A DNA stretch of 58,061 nucleotides from positions 1 through 58,061 of IMG/VR virus record IMGVR_UViG_3300036826_000378. One strand, 5' to 3'. Positions 54,929 to 58,061 of this stretch are shown here, in pieces. The first letter of the stretch is position 1, and each line of letters opens with the position of its first letter. Made by a program: the position numbers and the translations under genes. The notes beneath the pieces are model-generated. The model worked only from the letters and a program-made list of their open reading frames with translations, was not told where the DNA came from and made no database searches. Source of the stretch: a virus (lineage: Duplodnaviria > Caudoviricetes).

Positions 54929-55797
54929 CCGGCGGCCCAGACGAGCGCGGCCTTGCCGCATACGTACGCCGGGTGATCCACCGGGGGCCGGTGGACCGCC
55001 GGCTGTTCCCGTGGTTCAAGGGCACCGTCACCGAGGTGCTGACGTCGGGGTACTCCATGATGGTCCGCGTCAGGCGCTCTGGCGAGTTCCTCGCCGATGG
55101 CGGTACGTACGCGGTCGCCATGCCGAACTACCGACCACAGGTGGGCGACACGGTGGACCTTCTGTGGCGCGACGACGACACCGCGTATGCAATGGCGCCG
55201 CGCGGCGGAGCTGGCGGCCTTGCGCCCTGGGGCGGCTGGCTGCACTGGTCGAGGTACGTCGTTGGTGCGGGCGGAAGCGTGGACACCAGCTCCAACCCCG
55301 GCGGGAACATCCCGCTCCCGGTGGGCTACAAGCAAGCCTGGGTGGTCGTTTCGAAGGCGGTGGACACAACTGCAAACACCGGTGCCCAGTGGGGTGGATT
55401 GCAGTTGGCGGTCAGCGGCGGCGCCATCGACACGGCAAATCATTACCGCTGGGTGGACTCGGGGAGTCAGAACGTAGCGGGCACCCCATCCATTGTCGGT
55501 GCATCGGGCTCGGGCGCAGGGGGAGATGCGGCGTTCCGGCCCTTCGTCTTGACCGGTGGAGGAACGGGAACTGCGTGGCCCAGTAGCGCCAACATCTGGA
55601 TCAATCACTATTCCGACCCGAGCACGACCACCACGTTGCTCTGGGACATTAACCAGATCAACAACAGCACGATTATTCGTCGATCGGGTGCGGGATTCTA
55701 TGACCTTGGGGGAGTCGTCACGCTCCTCCACTTCTACGCCTACCAGGCTGGCGCCATGGCCGCCGGTACGACGTTCGATCTCTACGTGGCCTCGTAG
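54925..55797 (+). CDS. minor tail protein
   Basis: GTV....Y.P.VGD.V OB-like N-terminus; position. Confidence 0.7.
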   Translation: MTGGPDERGLAAYVRRVIHRGPVDRRLFPWFKGTVTEVLTSGYSMMVRVRRSGEFLADGGTYAVAMPNYRPQVGDTVDLLWRDDDTAYAMAPRGGAGGLAPWGGWLHWSRYVVGAGGSVDTSSNPGGNIPLPVGYKQAWVVVSKAVDTTANTGAQWGGLQLAVSGGAIDTANHYRWVDSGSQNVAGTPSIVGASGSGAGGDAAFRPFVLTGGGTGTAWPSSANIWINHYSDPSTTTTLLWDINQINNSTIIRRSGAGFYDLGGVVTLLHFYAYQAGAMAAGTTFDLYVAS

Positions 55798-55830
55798 GAG
55801 GCAACTCCGGCCGCTCGCTTCTCTGGCGTC

Positions 55831-57093
55831 ATGACCGAACTCGCACCGCGCCGCTCGGCCATCTGGGCCATCCTCGTCGCGACTGCCGCGGCCGTTCTCT
55901 TCCTCGCGGCGTGTGCCCCCTCGGCTTCGCAGCGTGGTCCCGCTTCGGTCGCACCAGCCTCGTCAGCTCGTCAGGGTCAACCAGCCCTGCCCACACCCTC
56001 GGGGCAGAACGGGCTGCCTCGCGGCGTAGCTGGCGCCTCGCTGGTTAACCCGCCCGGCACGATGGGCTCTCAGCTCCCCTCGTGGGCGCAGAAGGAGCGG
56101 GCCCTCAAGATCCCCAACCCGCCGCCGCCGCACGGTGCGCTGGTCACGATCCTTGGCGTCGACATCAGCGAGTGGCAGGGGGGTACCAACCTCGCCGCCT
56201 ATGACCGCAGCTTCATCATCATCCGCGAGCAGTACGGGACCGCCGGCCTCGACAAGCAGTTCGTCTCGAACCGCAACCAGGCCCGCTCGCGCAACCTGCC
56301 GCGCAGCTTCTACCACTACGCCTATCCCGAGTACAACACGCCGGAATCAGAAGCCCGAACCTTCGCCTATGGCACGGACTGGCAGCCCGGCGAGGGCGCG
56401 ATGCTCGATTTCGAGGAGCAGTACGGGGACCCGGTCGGCTGGAGCCTGCGCTTCCTTCAAACGTTCGAATCGATCGAGCACTTCAAGCCTACGATCTACA
56501 TGAACGTCTACACGCTGTACGCCTACAACTGGGCGCCAGTCGCGGCGAATGGCAACGGCCTGATCGCAGCGCAATGGAACTTCAACCAGTCGACCCCGCC
56601 GTCCGGCGCCTTCCCGTTCGCCGCGGGCAAGCAGTACACGGACGCCGACTCGGTCAACGGCATCAGCGGTCGCGTCGATGGTGACGTTTTCTACGGCGAC
56701 GCGAGCACCTTCCTGAAGTACGGCGCGGGTGCGGGCGCTGGCGCGGGCACCAACCCGCCGCCCCCAGCTCCAGCGCCCACTCCTGCGCCCGGTATCGGCT
56801 GCTCGCACACCGTGCAGCCCGGCGAGACCCTGAGCGGCCTCGTGGGCTCCAGGTGGCCCCAGGTGGCGGCCGGCAACGGCCTGAGCAACCCGAACCTGAT
56901 CCGCGTCGGCCAGGTGCTCAACCTGTGCGCTTCCGGCTCCGCCGTCAGCTCGGGCTCCGCCGCCGGCTGCGTGACCGTCCGCCGCGGCGACACGATGAGC
57001 GGCCTCTTCGGAGCGAACTGGCCGGCCGTCGCGCGCAAGAACGGCATCCGCAACCCGAACCTGATCTTCCCCGGCGAGCGCATCTGCGCGTGA
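55831..57093 (+). CDS. endolysin: GH25 muramidase plus two LysM, N-terminal signal peptide with lipobox
   Basis: GVDISEWQG, LDFEE, QYT, VDGD; HTVQPGETLS...NPNLIRVGQ and TVRRGDTMS...NPNLIFPGE; FLAAC. Confidence 0.9.
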   Translation: MTELAPRRSAIWAILVATAAAVLFLAACAPSASQRGPASVAPASSARQGQPALPTPSGQNGLPRGVAGASLVNPPGTMGSQLPSWAQKERALKIPNPPPPHGALVTILGVDISEWQGGTNLAAYDRSFIIIREQYGTAGLDKQFVSNRNQARSRNLPRSFYHYAYPEYNTPESEARTFAYGTDWQPGEGAMLDFEEQYGDPVGWSLRFLQTFESIEHFKPTIYMNVYTLYAYNWAPVAANGNGLIAAQWNFNQSTPPSGAFPFAAGKQYTDADSVNGISGRVDGDVFYGDASTFLKYGAGAGAGAGTNPPPPAPAPTPAPGIGCSHTVQPGETLSGLVGSRWPQVAAGNGLSNPNLIRVGQVLNLCASGSAVSSGSAAGCVTVRRGDTMSGLFGANWPAVARKNGIRNPNLIFPGERICA

Positions 57094-57107
57094 CGTGGTG
57101 ACAGCGG

Positions 57108-57431
57108 ATGGATCCGGCAGCGTTCTTCGACGCGGTGAAGAACGGTGGGCCCAGCGCGATCTTCGTGCTGGTCATGCTGCTCACCCTGATCTTGACCGGC
57201 CAGTTGCGCACGAAGGGCACGGTCGAGTCCGAGATGGCAGCGTTGGAGAAGGCGCACCGAGCGGAGCTGGCCGCACGCGACCACCAGATCGCGGAGCTCA
57301 TCCGCATCCAGGAACGGCTGACGGAACGTATGGACCGCAACCAAGAGCTGTTCGGGGAGTCGATGAGCCTTATCCGCCAGGAGGTGATGCCGATGCTTCG
57401 AGCAGCGGTGGGACCAGCGAGGGCGTCATGA
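57108..57431 (+). CDS. holin-like membrane protein (1 TM plus coiled coil)
   Basis: hydrophobic N-terminus, directly after endolysin. Confidence 0.6.
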   Translation: MDPAAFFDAVKNGGPSAIFVLVMLLTLILTGQLRTKGTVESEMAALEKAHRAELAARDHQIAELIRIQERLTERMDRNQELFGESMSLIRQEVMPMLRAAVGPARAS

Positions 57432-57631
57432 ACCTTCAAGACGCTCTGGCGTACCTGTTCGCGCGGCGGCGGTCTCCTCGTCCAGCGGCACCGCCGCCGC
57501 CGAAAGTGGACTTCCCGCAGGTGGAGCAGCACCTCTCTCGGACCGACCGGGAGATCGAACGTGGCGCCAGCGAACTCGACTACCTGCGGGTCCAACTGAA
57601 GCTCCTTCGACGTGAATGGCCTGAGAAGTGA
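57428..57631 (+). CDS. small protein in lysis cassette (MNLQDALAYLF...)
   Basis: ATGA/GTGA overlaps. Confidence 0.6.
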   Translation: MNLQDALAYLFARRRSPRPAAPPPPKVDFPQVEQHLSRTDREIERGASELDYLRVQLKLLRREWPEK

Positions 57632-58061
57632 GCACGCTCCAACTCATCAGGGCTGTCGAGTACGGCGCGATCCTGCTCGCCGTCGTTGGTGAGTGCGCCA
57701 GTCTCTACGGCCTATACGATGCCTTCCGCAACCTGCTGGTCATCCCGCGAAAGCTGCGCCAGGCCAGCCACGTCACGCTCACCGTGATCTCGTCACTGAG
57801 CGTCTTCGTCGGCGTGGTGGGTCATGGTCTGCTCGGGTTCATCGGAATCGTGTCGCTCGGCGGCACACCGATGCCTTCGCGGTACCAGGCGGCGCTCTCG
57901 ACGTCCCTGGCCTTCGTGGCCGTCCAAGTAGCAATGGTCACGGCCTCGGTGCTGGTGCCGGTGCTGAGCACGCGGCTGCGTGGGCAGATTGCTCGGCAGG
58001 TGACTGAGCCTGAGACGCCCATGCGCCAGTCGGCCATCACGTTGCAACTGGTCCCGATCGA
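57628..58061 (+). CDS. multi-pass membrane protein, runs off window edge
   Basis: GTGA overlap; about 3 hydrophobic segments; frame open to the end. Confidence 0.65.
   Translation, partial: MSTLQLIRAVEYGAILLAVVGECASLYGLYDAFRNLLVIPRKLRQASHVTLTVISSLSVFVGVVGHGLLGFIGIVSLGGTPMPSRYQAALSTSLAFVAVQVAMVTASVLVPVLSTRLRGQIARQVTEPETPMRQSAITLQLVPI

Noticed and set aside
1-58061. CRISPR array, tRNA or rRNA genes
   Set aside because: No regularly spaced repeat-spacer series or cloverleaf-like sequence seen by eye; tRNAscan and CRISPR finders were not run

Overview
The whole window looks like one tailed, siphovirus-type phage or prophage genome segment with high GC (roughly 70% by eye). No host housekeeping flank is visible. 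Bases 1-7.25 kb are a leftward early arm with small ORFs, a frameshifted amino-DNA methyltransferase and a full-length FtsK. Bases 7.3-29.3 kb are a rightward early/middle arm of about 50 tightly coupled ORFs. These include a GHKL ATPase-HExxH fusion, a spermidine-synthase-like MTase, PnuC-like and GNAT genes, and an integrase-core-binding/class I MTase fusion. Bases 29.4-55.8 kb are virion genes: a Mu-I-like protease/scaffold with extra domains, decoration protein, major capsid, neck, tail tube, frameshifted tail chaperone, tape measure and a 1608-aa tail protein. A lysis cassette (GH25-LysM endolysin with a lipobox, holin-like genes) follows. Terminase, portal and replication genes are not in the window. 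Four observations stand out. (1) Eleven early promoters sit 6-7 nt upstream of an RTG-AAC start codon and carry one of two 12-bp boxes abutting the -10; a separate GGCAA motif lies about 32 nt before SD-less late genes. (2) The large tail protein shows recursive 'Russian-doll' nesting of beta-sandwich domains. (3) Several early proteins end in sliding-clamp-type motifs. (4) The phage carries FtsK and unusual fusion enzymes. Several single-base frameshifts in early genes may be sequencing errors. All family assignments come from motif recognition by eye, not database searches.
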